DNA of 64,000 nucleotides. It comes from Mobula hypostoma. Its lineage: Eukaryota. Below the pieces are notes generated by a model. The model saw only the letters and a program-made list of their open reading frames with translations. It did no database searches and was not told the origin of the DNA. Position 1 is the first letter of the stretch. Every line of letters begins with the position of its first letter. Of this stretch, positions 22,408-35,267 are shown piece after piece. The stretch is taken from NCBI RefSeq assembly GCF_963921235.1, contig NC_086101.1, positions 6,760,001-6,824,000 on the forward strand. Reading direction: 5' to 3'. The translations under genes were made by a program, and so were the position numbers.

Positions 22408-24467
22408 CACCCCTGTGGCCACCCCCCTCAACAACAGGTATATCACTCTGGATACTGTCCGGGGGGAGGGAGGTCACCTAACAGAGGAAAGTCACAGTGG
22501 TCGGGTCCCTGGTACTGAGTCTGCCTCTGTGACTCAGAAGAGAAGGGAGAGAAGAGAGATGCTGTGGTGACAGGGGATTTGTTAGTTGGTGAAAAGGACA
22601 GGAGGCTCTTTGGATGAGAACAAGATTCCCAGATGGGATGTTGCCTCCCGGGTGTCAGGCTCTGGGATATCTTGGATTGAGTCCTCAGCATTCTTAAGTG
22701 TGAGGGTGCACAGCCAGAAGTCGTGGTCCATATTGATACCAAAGACATGGGTAGGATGAGTGATGAGTTTCTGCAAAGGGAGTTCAAGGCGTTAGGTGCT
22801 GAGTTAAAGGGCAGGACCTCCCGGGTTGTGATCTCAGGATTGCTCTCTGTGCCACGTGCTGGTGAGGCCAGAACAAGCAAGATTATACAGTTTAATATGA
22901 GACTAAGGAGTTGGTGTAGGAGGGAGGGCATAAGAATTTTGGATCATTGGGCTCCTCCCAGGGAAGTTGGGACCTGTACAGGAGGGACAGTTTGCACCTG
23001 AACTGGAGGGGACTAATATCCTGGTGGGAAGGTTTGTTAATGCTGCACGGTGGAGTTTAAACTGGAGTTGTAGGGGGGTGGGAACCAGAGTGTCAGAATA
23101 GTTAGTCGAGAGGTTGTGGAGGTAAGACCTCAGACAAAGTTAGGAATCAAAAGGTTGAGCATGGTGCAACTAGTGTCCTGAGCTCAATATATTTCAATGC
23201 AAGAAGTATCGTAGGAAAGGTGGATAATGGTGATGAAGATGAGGGAGCTGGTTTACAAACAGAGGCAATGTATCGTGAGGAGAGGCTGTTGATAGGGCAA
23301 AATTGTATTCAACAGAAATATTTGCAACGTAAAAGGCGGACAAAATTGGAAAAGGTCTGAAGGTGTTGTATCTGAATGCACGCAGTATACGGAACAAAGT
23401 AGCTGAACTTGTAGTTCATCTACTTGTAGTTGTGGACGGGTCGTATTCCGCATGGAGGTCGGGGACCAATGCTGTGCCTCAGGGATCTGTTCTGGGACCC
23501 CTACTTTTTGTGATTTTTATAAATGACCTGGATAAGGAAGTGGAGGGATGGGTTAGTAAATTTGCTGATGACATAAAGGATAGGGTGTTGTGGATAGTGT
23601 GGAGGCCTGTCAGAGGTTACAGCGGGACATTGATAGGATGCAGAACTGGGCTGAGAAGTGGCAGATGGAGTTCAACCCAGATAAGAGTGAAGTGGTTCAT
23701 TTTGGCAAGTCAAATATGACGACAGAATACAGTATTACCGGTAAGACTATTGGAAGTGTGGAGGATCAGAGGGATCTTGGTGTCCGAGTCCATAGGACAC
23801 TCAAAGCTGCTGCGCAGGTTCACTCTGGTTAAGAAGGCATACAGTGCATTGGCCTCCATCAAACGAGGGATTGAGTTTAGGAGCCGAGAGATAATGTCGC
23901 AGCTATACAGGACCCTGGTCAGACCCCACTTGGAGTACTGTGCTCAATTCTGGTCGCCTCACTACAGGAAGTTCGTGGAAATCTTAGAAAGGGTGCAGAG
24001 GAGATTTACAAGGATGTTGCCTGGATTGGGGAGCATGCCTTATAAGAATAGCTTGAGTGAACTCGGCCTTTTCTCCTTGGAGCAGCGGCGGATGAGAGGT
24101 GACCTGATAGAGGTGTACAAGATAATGAGAGGATCGTGTGAATAGTCAGAGGCTTTTTCCCAGGGCTGAAATGGCTCGTACCAGAGGGCCTAGTTTTAAG
24201 GTGCTTGGAAGGAGATACAGAGGAGATGTCGGGTTGGTTTTTTATACGCAGAGAGCGGTGAGTGCATGGAATGGGCTGCTGGCAGCGGTGGTGGAGGTGG
24301 AAACAATAGGCTCTTTTTAGAGACTCCTGGTTGGATACATGGAGTTTAGAAATATAGAGGGCTATGGGTAAGCCTGATAGTTCTAAGGTAAGGACATGTT
24401 CGGCAAAGCTCTGTGAGCTGAAGGACCTGTATTGTGCTGTAGGTTTTCTATGTCTTTTTGTTTCTAC
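22408..24467 (+). mobile_element. CR1 LINE: ORF1 SGNH-esterase region and internally deleted ORF2 with 3' end
   Basis: VVHIDTKDMG..LKGRTSRVVISGLLSVPRA; LYLNARSIRNK fused directly to VPQGSVLGPLLFVIFINDLD; LVRPHLEYCAQFWSPH. Confidence 0.85.
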
Positions 24468-25049
24468 ATCCCACAGAAGAAGTACTCTAAAAGTAAGATG
24501 TGGCTAACAAGAGAAGTCAAAGCCAACATAAAAGCCAAAGAGAGGGCATAAAACAGAGCAAAAAGTAGTGGGAAGTTAGAGGATTAGGAAGCTTTTAAAA
24601 GGCAACTAAAACGTCATTAAGAAGATAAAGAGGGATTGCAAAATTAAGTTAGCCAATAATATTAAAAAGGATAACTCACCCTCTCCCCCTTCCTTTCGGA
24701 GATGGATGGCTGACATGATCTCAGTTATACAGATGGAGAAACTTAGGTTCTTGAGAACCAATTCAATTAAAAAAAATTCGGCTATCTGAGGTCCATTTCT
24801 TGCCTACCTGAACCATTTCCCCCCAGCTGATTTCTCACGCCTCTCATTTGAGATTTAATGTTTCGTATTTTTGAGCACTTTGTACAATAGGCATCCCTCT
24901 AATGTAATGTCCCTTTTTCTTGCTTATTTCATTTTTACACTTGTTTGAGCTGGTGTGTTCTTGTTGGTTTCATTGTATTTTTTTTTTGAAAATTTTGAAA
25001 ATACAGTATTAAAAAAAAGGATAACAAAAGTTTCTTCAGATATAGAAAG

Positions 25050-25580
25050 TTTAAAAGACCATAAGATATAGGAGCAAAATTAAGCCATCTGCCAATCAAC
25101 TCTGCTCCGCCATTCAATCATGGCTAATCCTTTTTTTTATCTCCTCCTCAAGTCCAGTTTCCAGCCTTCTCCCCGTGACCTTTGAAACCATGTCCTTTCA
25201 AGTACCTATCAGTCTCTGCCTTAAATGCACCCAACGACCTGGTCTCCACAGCTGCATGTACAAAAAATTTAACAAACTCACCACCCTTTGGCTAAAGAAA
25301 TTTCTCCTCATCTCTGCTTTGAAAGGGCGCCCCTCTATCCTGAGGCTGTGCCTTATTTTCCTGGACTCTCCCACTATGGGAAACATCCTTTCCACATCCA
25401 CTCTGTCTAGGCGTTTCCACATTCGAAAGGTTTCAATGAGATCCCCCCCTCATCCTTCTGAATTTCAGCGAGTGCAGACCCAGAGCCATGAAATGCTCCT
25501 TGTATGATAACCCTTTCATTCCTGGAATTATCCTTGTGAACCTCCTCTGGAACCTCTCCAATGCCAGCACATCTTTCTCA
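25050..25580 (-). mobile_element. CR1 LINE 3' fragment
   Basis: KDVLALERFQRRFTRIIPGMKGLSY; RRNFFSQRVV. Confidence 0.82.
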
Positions 25581-25830
25581 GATGAGGTTCCCACAATGGA
25601 CGTGGCATCAAAGGTTACAGGGAGAAGGCCGTGGAGAGGGGCTGAGGAGGGGAAGAAAGGATCAGCCATGATTAAATGGCGGAGCAAACGCAATTGGCCA
25701 AAGAGACTAATTTTGCTCCTATGTCTTATTGTCTATAGATTCCTTTCAGCCTATAATTACAGCCATATTTTGTGTCTAATTATAACTTAGTTGTGTCTCA
25801 TAAACAAGGAAAATGAATCTTGCGTTTTAC

Positions 25831-25949
25831 CTTGTTTATTGCTGTCAATCGCTTCTTCCGACGCTATGTCAAGCAAATAGGGGTGATCGAATTTTTCAAC
25901 AAGTAGGGCACCATCTGTCACTGACAATGTCACGTTTTCATCACTAATC
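25831..25949 (-). CDS. TRIM exon 5: linker (119 nt)
   Basis: Acceptor TTTACAG; ISDENVTLSVTDGALLVEKFDHPYLLDIASEEAIDSNKQ; donor CAAG|GTAAAA; phase 2-1. Confidence 0.88.
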
Positions 25950-26045
25950 CTGTAAATATTATACATGTAGTTATAAACTGAGCATCAGTAATATTTGAAC
26001 TATTTTACAGATTCATACAGTGTTTCAGTAAAGACCATGACCTAC

Positions 26046-26068
26046 CTCCTCTTCCGACGAGCTTCCTC
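26046..26068 (-). CDS. TRIM exon 4: 23-nt micro-exon
   Basis: TTTATTTATTTCAG|GAGGAAGCTCGTCGGAAGAGGAG|GTAGG encodes EEARRKR(R); phase 0-2 matches neighbouring exons. Confidence 0.88.
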
Positions 26069-26832
26069 CTGAAATAAATAAAACACAGATCTCAATTGAT
26101 TGAGATGGACCATCGGCATCCCGACAGCAGGAATCTGAGCCAAGTTACTACAAGCTGCTGAAAATTCCCACTAAACTCATTCCCACTGACACGAACGGTA
26201 AAAGAGGGACATTGAACCATGGGAGAAAGTACAAGGAATGCTTATGAGAATTATACCATAACTGAGAGAAGGAATTCACAGGAGAGACTGGCCAGGTTGT
26301 GTATTTTTATCTGGATATGATGTCAGGGAGGATCAGATGGAGGAATTTAAGATTCCGAATGGATTTGACAGAAAATATTTCTGCTTGTGTGGAGACCAAA
26401 AGTCAAAGATATAACACAGTTGGTCGTTAATAAATCCCACAAGAAATGTGGTGAAGAGAATGTGGAACTCACTGCCACAGGAGAGGTTGAAGGAGAGTAG
26501 CAGAGATTGAATGTAATGGAGAAACAGGATAAACACATGACGGACCATGGAGTCCGGAGCACTGTTGCTGGGTGTGGTGAGTAGGTGGGAGGAGGCTTGT
26601 GAAGCAGGGAAACTGATAGGAGAGAATGGACTGAAAGACCTGTCTATGATGGAAAATGGGATATAATCCGATGAAAAATATTTCTGAAAAACAAAAGACA
26701 GTGCAAAATTCTCCAAAACACTGAACCTGATACAAACCAGATATAGATGGTAAATCTGATCTGAGGGTCACATTCTGGAATTCAACCTCAGTTCCCACGG
26801 ATCAACAGTGGTTAATGGTGGTAAATAACAAT

Positions 26833-27830
26833 GGTTATTTCTTCAGCCGTTTGAACGGGGCACGACTGCGGAAGCGTGTGGAGGTCGGCCACTGAGAACA
26901 GCAGGAAGAGTTTAAGAGCGAGCAGAGTTGAAAAGGTGACGGTTATTTCTTCAGCAGTTTGAACGGGGCACGACTGTGCAAACGTGTGGAGGTCGACCAG
27001 TGAGAACAGCGTTTATAAGGAAGACAGATTTACAGAGTGGGTGACAGAGCAGGGGGAGACAGAGTAGGAAGGCTTTGGCTCAACGGGGCTTTGGCGATAA
27101 AGGGTCGAGGCCAGGTAGATTATCTGTTTAAAATAAAGAGAGAGAGTATGAGTGTGAGGCCGGTTTTCTGTGCTTGGTGTCAGATGTGGGAGGTCCTGGA
27201 GACTCCCGACCTCCTGGACGACCACATCTGCACCAGGTGTGTCGAGCTGTAGCTCCTTAGAGACTGCGTCAGGTAACTGGAGCTGCAGCTCGATGACCTT
27301 CGTCTGGTCAGGGAGAGTGAGGAGGTGACAGAGAGGAGCTATAGGCAGGTAGTCACCCAGGACCACAGGAGAAAGAGAAGTGGGTAACAGTCAGGAGATG
27401 GAAGGGCAAGAAGCAGGTACTAGAGAGAACCCCAGTGGGTGTCCCCCTTTACAATAAGTATTCCTGCTTGAGAACTGTTGGGGGAGGCGGCCTACGTGGG
27501 GGAAGCAAAAATGGTCGCATCTCTGGCACAGAGTCTGGCCCTGTGGATCAGAAGGGTAGGGAAAGGAAGAGTGATAAGGGACTCTTATAGTTAGGGGGTC
27601 AGACAGGTGATATTGTGAACACAGGAAAGAAACGCGGATGGCAGATTGCCTCCCAGGAGCCAGGGTCCAGGATGTTTCTGTTCGCATCCACGATATCTTG
27701 AAGTGGGAAGGAGAACAGCCAGAGGTGGTGGTACATATTGCTACCAATGACATAGGTAGGAAAAGGGAGGATAAACAGACTACAGGGAGTTGGGAAAGAA
27801 GTTGAGAAGCAGGACCTCAAAGGTAGTAAT
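26833..27830 (+). mobile_element. CR1 LINE 5' UTR and ORF1 (zinc finger, SGNH esterase), decayed
   Basis: CAWCQMWEV..DHICTRCVEL; CLPGARVQDV; PEVVVHIATND; a ~70-bp UTR segment is duplicated (26833-26901, 26941-27010). Confidence 0.82.
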
Positions 27831-29103
27831 CACTTGGTCAATCTCGGACACTTCTCTCCCCTTTCTCGATGTCTCGGTCTCGATCTCTGGAGACAGACTG
27901 TCCACTGACAGCTTCTACAAGCCCACTGACTCTCATAACTACCTCAACTATAAATCTTTCCACCCTGCCACATGCAAAAATGCCATTCCCTTTTCCCAGT
28001 TCCACCGTCTCTGCCGTATCTGCTCCCAGGATGAGGCTTTCCGTTCCAGGACATCTCAAATGTCCTCTTTCTTTAAGGATCGTGGTTTACCTTCTACCAT
28101 CATTAATGATGCCCTCACCCGCATCTCCTCAATTTCCTGCACTTCGGCCCTCACCCCATCCTCCCGCAACCACAACAGGGACAAAGCTCCCCTTGTCCTC
28201 ACCTACCACCCCACCAGCCTCCGGATCCAGCACATTATCCTCCGCAACTTCCGCCACCTTCAACAGGACCCCACCACTAAACACATCTTTCCCTCTCTAC
28301 CATTCTCTGCTCTCCGCAAGGATCGGTCCCTCCGCTACTCCCTTATCCGCACGTCCATCCCATGGATCTCCCACCCGGCACTTAACCCTGTAAGCGCAAG
28401 TGCTACACCTGTCCCTACACCTCCTCTCTTGCCACCATTCAGGGCCCCAAACAGTCCTTCCTAGTGAGGCAACACTTCACTTGTGAGTCTGTTGGGGTCA
28501 CGGATTGCATCCGGTGCTCCCGATGCGGCCTCCTCTACATCGGTGAAACCCGACGAAGACTGGGGGACCGCTTCGTCAAGCAGCTCCGCTCCGTCCGCCA
28601 AAACAGACAGGATCTCCCAGTAGCCACGCACTTCAACTCTGCTTCCCACTCCCATTCAGATATGTCCATACATGGCCTCCTCTACTGCTATGATGAGGCT
28701 AACCGCAGGTTGGAGGAGTAACACCTCAGATACCGTCTAGGTAATCTCCAGCCCCTTGGTATGAACATAAATTCTCCAACTTCCGTTAATTCCCTCCGCC
28801 TCCCTTCCTCTATCCCTATGTCACTCTGCCCCTCCCTCAGCTGCCAATCACCTCCCTCATGGTTCCACTTCCTTCTTCTACTACCCATTGTTTTCCTGCC
28901 TATGACGTCCCTGCTTCGCCCCCCGCCCAACCCCTTTGTCTTTCAAATGACTGGTTTTTCAAGTGAACCTACAACCATTCTTCAAATCGTTCCCCCTCCT
29001 TCTTTCTTCAGTCTTGACGAAGGGTTCCGGCCCGAAACATCGACTCATCGTTCCCACCGATGCTGCCTGACCTGCTGAGTTCCTCCAGCGTGTTGAGTGT
29101 TGA
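27831..29103 (+). mobile_element. Penelope-like element (RT C-terminus, GIY-YIG, terminal repeat)
   Basis: SLPFLDVSVSISGDRLSTDSFYKPTDSHNYL; CIRCSRCGLLYIGETRRRLGDRF; hammerhead motif at 29010-29045. Confidence 0.9.
29010..29045 (+). ncRNA. Minimal hammerhead ribozyme copy (C3 to T, ATC triplet)
   Basis: AGTC TTGACGA AGGGTTCCGGCCC GAAAC ATC GACT. Confidence 0.55.
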
Positions 29104-32100
29104 ATAGAACATAGAATAGTACAGCACAGTACAGGCCCTTCGGACCACAATGCTGTGCCGATCCTTAAACCCTGCTTCCCAAATAAACCCCACCGTAAAT
29201 TCCTCCATATACCTGTCTAGTGGTCTGTTAAAATTCACAAGTGTATCTGCCCCCACCACTGACTCAGGCAGTGCATCCCACGCACCAACCACTCTCTGAG
29301 TAAAAAACCTTCCTCTAATATCCCCCTTGAACTTCCCACCCCTTACCTTAAAGCCATGTCCTCTTGTATTGAGCAGTGGTGCCCTGGGGAAGAGGTGCTG
29401 GCTGTCCACTCTATCTATTCCTCTTAATATCTTGTATACCTCTATCATGTCTCCTCTCATCCTCCTTCTCTCCAAAGAGTAAAGCTCTAGCTCCCTTAAT
29501 CCCTGATCATAATGCATACTCTCAAAACCAGACAGCATCCTGGTAAATCTCCTCCGTACCCTTTCCAATGCTCCCATGTCCTTCCTATAGTGAGGCGACC
29601 AGAATTGGACACAGTACTCCAAGTGCGGCCGAACCAGAGTCTTATAGAGCTGCAACAACACCCGTGACTCTTAAATTCTATCCCTCGACTTATGAAAGCT
29701 AACAATCCATAAGCTTTCTTAACTATCCTATCTGCCTGTGAGGCAACTTTCAGGGATCTGTGGACATGTACCCCCAAAATCCCTCTGCTCCTCCACTTTA
29801 CCAAGTATCCTACCATTTACTTTGTACTCTGCGTTGGAGTTTGTCCTTACAAAGTGTACCACCTCACACTTCTCCGAGTTGAACTCGATCTGCCACTTCT
29901 CAGCCCACTTCTGCATCCTATCAATGTCTCTCTGCAATCTTCGACAATCCTCTACACTATCCACAACACCACCAACCTTTGTGTCGTCTGCAAACTTGCC
30001 AACCCACCCTTCTACCCCCACATCCCGATCGTTAATAAAAGTCACGAAAAGCAGGGGTCCCAGAACATATCCTTGTGGGACACCACTGGTCAGAACCCTC
30101 CAATCCGAATTTACTCCCTCCACCCCAACACTTTGCTTTCTGCAGGCAAGCCAATTCTGAATGCACCTGCCCAAACTTCCCTGGATCCCATGCCTTCTGA
30201 CTTTCTGAATAAGCCTACCGTGTGGAACCTTGTCAAATGCCTTACTAAAATCCATGTAGATCACATCCACTGCACTACCCTCATCTATATGCCTGGTCAC
30301 CACCTCAGAGAACTCTATCAGAACACGATCTGCCCTTCACAAAGCCATGGTGACTGTCCCTGATCAGACCAGGTTTCTCTAAATGCCCATAGATCCTATC
30401 TCTAAGAATCTTTTCCAACAGCTTTCTCACCACAGACGTAAGGCTCACTGGTCTGTAATTACCCGGACTATCCCTACTACCTTTTTTGAACAAGCGGACA
30501 ACATTCACCTCCCTCCAATCCTCTGGTACCATTCCCGTGGGCAACGAGGACCTAAAGATCCTAGCCAGAGGCTCAGCAATCTCTTCCCTCGCCTCGTGGA
30601 GCAGCCTGGGCAATATTGCGTCAGGCCCCGGGGACTTATCCGTCCTAATGTATTTTAACAACTCCAACACATCCTCTCCCTTAATATCAACATGCTCCAG
30701 AGCATCAACCTCACTCATATTGTCCTCCCCGTCATCAAGTTCCCTCTATTTGGTGAATACCGAAGAGAAGTATTCATTGAGGGCCTCGCTCACTTCCACA
30801 GCCTCCAGGCACATCTTCCCACCTTTATCTCTAATCCGTCCTACCTTCACTCCTGTCATCCTTTTGTTCTTCACATAATTGAAGAATGCCTTGGGGTTTT
30901 CCTTTACCATACTCGCCAAGGCCTTCTCAAGGCCTTCTTGCCCTCCTTGGCCCCTTCGTAATCTCCTTTCTTGCTTCACTATATTCCCCAATAAACCCAT
31001 TTGATCCTTGCTTCCTAAATCTCATGTATGCTGGCTTCTTCCACCTGACTAGATTTTCCATCTCACTTGTCACCCATGGTTCCTTCACCCTACCATTCTT
31101 TATCTTCCTCAGCGGGACAAATTCATCCCTAACATCCTGCAAAAGATCCCTAAACACCCATCACATGTCCATAGTACATATCCCTGCAAAAACGACATCC
31201 CAATTCACACCCGCAAGTTCTGGCCTTATAGCCTCATAATTTGCCCTTCCCCAATTAAAAATTTTCCTGTCGTCTCTGCTTCTATCCTTGGCCATGATAA
31301 TGCTAAAGGCCAGGGAGCGGTGGTCACTGTCCTCCAGATGCTCACCCACTGTAAAGTTGAGAGATCTGTCACCTGGCACGGTTCATTACCTAATACTAGA
31401 TGGCTTTCCCCCTAGTCGGCCTGTCAACATACTGTGACAGGAATCCGTCCCGGACATACTGAACAAACTCTGCCCCGTCTAAGCCGCTGGAACTAATCAG
31501 GTGCCAATCAATATTAGGGAAGTTAAAGTCAGCCATGATAGCAACCCTGTTATTTTTGTACCTTTCCAAAATCTGCTTCCCAATCTGTTCAACTCTATCT
31601 CTGTTGCTACCAGGGGGCCTATAGAATACTCCCAATAGAGTAACTGCTCCTTTCCTGTTCCTGACCTCCACCCATACTGACTCAAAAGAAGATCCCGCTG
31701 CATTACCCACCCTTTCTGTAACTGTACTAGTATCCCTGACCAGTAATGCCACCGTTCCTCCCCTTTCCCCCCCTCTCTATCCCTTTTAAAGCACTGAAAT
31801 CCAGGAATATTGAGAATCCAATCCTGCCCTGGTGCCAGCCAAGTCTCTGTAATGGCCACTACATCATAATTCCATGTATGTATCCAAGCTCTCAGTTAAT
31901 CGCTTTTGTTCCTGATGCTTCTTGCATTGAGGTACACACACTTCAGCCCTTCTGCCTTACTGTCTTTACACCGTTTATTCTGCTTCTCTTTCCTCAAAGT
32001 CTCTCTTTATGTTAGATATGGTTTTATTCCATGCACTTCTTTCACTGCTCTATTGCTCCGGGTCCCATCCCCCTTGCAAATTAGTTTAAACCCTCCCGAA

Positions 32101-33060
32101 CCATGCTAGCAAACCTACCTGCAAGGATATTTATTCCCCTCGAGTTCAGGTGCAACCCATCCAATCTGTACAGGTCCTACCTTCCCCAGAAGAGATCCCA
32201 ATGATACTAAAATCTAAAACCCTACTTCATGCACCAACTCCTCAGCCATGCATTCAACTGCCTTCTCCTCCAATTCTTACCATCACTGTCACATAGCATT
32301 GGCAACAGTCCTGAGAACGTCACCCTTGAGGTCCTGTTCTTCAGTCTTCTGCCTAGTTCCCGAAACTCACACTTCAAGACCTTATCCCTCTTCCTGTCTA
32401 TGTCGTTGGTCCCTACATGTATCACGACTTCTGGTTGCTTTCCCTCTCGTACCAGGATGTCGTGCACCCGATCAGAGACATTCCGGACCCTGGCCCCCGG
32501 GAGGCAAAAAACCATGCGGGTGTCCTTCTCACGTCCACAAAATCTCCTGTCTGCTCCCCTGACTACAGAGTCTCCAATGACGACAGCTTTCCTCTTCTCC
32601 GTCCCACCCTTCTGCACCACCCGGTCAGACTCAGTGCCGAAGGCCCTGCCACCGTGTCTCACACCTGGTCGGTCGTCCCCGCCAACAGTATCCAGGACGG
32701 TAAACTTATTATTCAGGGGAATGGCTACAGGGATGCTCTGCACTACCCGTCTGCTCACCTTCGCTTTCCCCCCTCTGACTGTGATCCAATGACCTGCTTC
32801 CGACAACCTAGGTATGACTACCTCCCTGTAGCTCTCATCTATGACTGCCTCATTCTCCCCTATGAGTCGAAAGTAATCCAGCTGCTGCTCCAGATTCCTT
32901 ATATGGTCTTCCAGATCGTTCAGCCGTGTGCACTTCTGGGAGATGTGACTCTGCGGGAGAGGGGAGTTCCCCCAAGACTGCCACATCTCACATGAGAGGC
33001 ACATCACCGTCTCAGTAGGCATTGTAAAAACTAACTGGGATCAAGCTTGTCCTCCGCCTC
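29104..33060 (-). mobile_element. Near full-length CR1 LINE (ORF1 zinc finger and esterase; ORF2 APE and RT), frameshifted
   Basis: ORF1 32222-33022 (CLSCEMW, VVIGDSVVRG, CLPGARV, VVIHVGTND); ORF2 pieces AITETWL, GVFYRPP, SPGPDAILPRLL, YMDFSKAFDKVPH, KFADDTK; (catagaa)n-type tail. Confidence 0.93.
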
Positions 33061-33199
33061 TTCTTTCAGAATCTGACACAAGAGTTTGAACCTTTTCACT
33101 ATTGACTAAGGATGTAATATCAACTAAATCTAGCCTTAAGTAAATACTAGCATCGGTGACATTTTTACAGGATTGTTGTAAAAACTCACCCAATTTGGG

Positions 33200-33510
33200 T
33201 GTCACGGTAGCCCAGCAGTAACGCTATTACAGAGCCAATGGTCCGGGATCAATTCCCGTTGCTGTCTGTAAAGAGTTTGTAGATTCTGCCTGTGACTGTG
33301 TGTGTTCCCTCCAGACGCTCCGGTTTCCTCCCACATTCCAAAGATGTGTAGGTTAGGGTCAGTAAGTTGTTGGCGTGCTATGTTGGTGCCGGAAGCGTGG
33401 TGACTCTTGGCCTGAGCACACAGAATGTGTTGGTGATTGACACAAACGGCCCAATTCACTGTATGTTTCAATGTGACAGGAAAAGCCAATTTACATTCAC
33501 AAATGTTGTT
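33200..33510 (+). mobile_element. V-SINE/HE1-like tRNA SINE
   Basis: tRNA-like head, then ctgtaaagagtttgta...gctccggtttcctcccacattccaaaga V-domain-like motif. Confidence 0.75.
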
Positions 33511-34044
33511 CAGGGAGGACAACTGCCTTCCAAACCCCGTCTGGACTGGACGAGACTTCAGATTCTTGGGAATATCATCGTCCCAGAGTTTCCCCTGCTA
33601 AGTTGATCGTCAAGCCACCCAGTGAAGGATGAGAGACAAAATGGGCCAGGCCGAGGAACCGATCATCCCTGGAGTACAACAGTAAAACACTTTGAAAAGA
33701 AACCTCTTTAGCAGCTGAATTGAAACTGGCTGCACCAGACACACTCACAGTCTGTGAATGTAATGGGATGTTACTCTGTGTCTCGGGATATTATACGTGG
33801 GAATCACAGAACCGATCACTGGTTCAGTGCTCTGATCAGAGTGAACACTCCCGAGATGGTTGCAGCCCGTCCTGTGATGTACAGATGTTGTGAGAGGCCA
33901 GTTTGAGGACAACAACAATCCGGAACAGTCAAAACATCTGTCTGGTTTAAATCAGTTTACAACTACAGTATTTGTAAATCGCACACTGAGTTAAAATACA
34001 TCATTTTGTGACAACTTTTACAGAAACAAACTGAAATCTCTCAC

Positions 34045-34278
34045 CATGAGGAATATGATAATGTCTTGTTGATCCATCTGTTCCTGTAACTTTGAGATTT
34101 CCTCCTGGATGGAATTCAAATTCTCTTGAATTACTTGAAGATTTTTCTCCATTGGATGTAGAATCCTCTCCTCTTCTTCCCTGAGATCTCGGAGCGCGCG
34201 CTGCTCTTTCTCGGTGATAATCCGGCGCAGTTCAGCAAACTGGGATGTGATGTGGGACTGAACACTTTGTGACTGTTC
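34045..34278 (-). CDS. TRIM exon 3: coiled-coil (234 nt)
   Basis: Acceptor CTTGACAG; EQSQSVQSHITSQFAELRRIITEKEQRALRDLREEEERIL...QQDIIIFLM; donor ATG|GTGAGA. Not in the ORF track. Confidence 0.93.
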
Positions 34279-34339
34279 CTGTCAAGTGAAAGGAGAGGCT
34301 AGTTTATTATTTGGCCCTGATGTATTTCCTTATGATATG

Positions 34340-34783
34340 GAAGGTCTATCCACCCATTATCTTCCAAGAGGACCACAAACTTGCCGTTGGGTTTGGAGGC
34401 TTGTGTGCCTCAGTGACCCAAAGAACTATATTGGCTGGAATGTGGGCTTTATGCTTTGACTCTTGGTGGGGTCACCCATGCCAAACAGGTCAAAGGGTAG
34501 AGGCCAGAGTAAGAGTGGTCTACTGGTCCTCCAGGTTAATGGATTCAGCTCAGGGCTAACAATACTGACTGGTAAAACAGAATTGTTACGGAAACAGTGA
34601 AAAGTCTTTCTACATCTGAGTGTCATGTTATTCCTGAGTCTCCACTGAGGACCTGCATGACTGACAGTAGTGAAAACCGAGAAGTAGCTGCTGACATGTT
34701 CAATGAAGACATGAACACGGCCAGAGATGGAGGACTGTCATTGCTGTCCTAAACGCCAGTGGCATAACAGGCAGTAAGTAAGT
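34340..34783 (+). mobile_element. RTE-derived non-autonomous (bipartite) element in TRIM intron 2
   Basis: RTE-like 5' region cttgccgt..ggaggcttgtgtgcctc, gggtcacccatgcc and 3' end gtcctaaacgccagtggcataacaggcagtaagtaag; no ORF. Confidence 0.6.
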
Positions 34784-35085
34784 GGCTCTCAGATCTTCGG
34801 TCACACTTCCCTGCAACCCAGTCTTCCTCACTGACCCATTAACTCCCACCTGATTCACATACAAACACCTTCACAGGGTTAATTACAGTAGCCAATTTAC
34901 CGTTCAACCATGGAATGTCGGCTAAAAGAAGGTACTGGTTACTCAGAGAACGTGCAAACTCCACGCAGACAGCACCAGAGGTCAGGATCGATCCCAGGGC
35001 ACTGGAGCTGCGATACTCTGCTATTCTGCATTAAAGGGAACAAAACTACACAACGATATTGGAAATTCTGCTCTGGAAGCCTCAC

Positions 35086-35181
35086 CCAAACACCGGAAAT
35101 CTTCTCTTGCTGTTGCTGCTCCATTTCCTGAAAGTCCGATTTCTTTTTTGTGAGAGAGTCCATGGAAGATTTAACCCGATT
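35086..35181 (-). CDS. TRIM exon 2: coiled-coil (96 nt)
   Basis: Acceptor TTTGATTCCCAG; translation NRVKSSMDSLTKKKSDFQEMEQQQQEKISGVW; donor TGG|GTGAG; phase 0-0. Confidence 0.93.
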
Positions 35182-35267
35182 CTGGGAATCAAAGAGTGAA
35201 TGGATTAGGCAAAAAGATGACACTTTTGGATCAGACAAAAAGACGATCGAAAGTGGGTTATTTTTAC

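Noticed and set aside
27790..28464. Novel esterase-RT fusion ORF
   Set aside because: Chance read-through across a CR1 ORF1/Penelope junction at about 27830.
32222..33022. Stand-alone SGNH esterase host gene
   Set aside because: It is CR1 ORF1, directly upstream of APE-RT remnants; similar decayed copies occur several times in the window.
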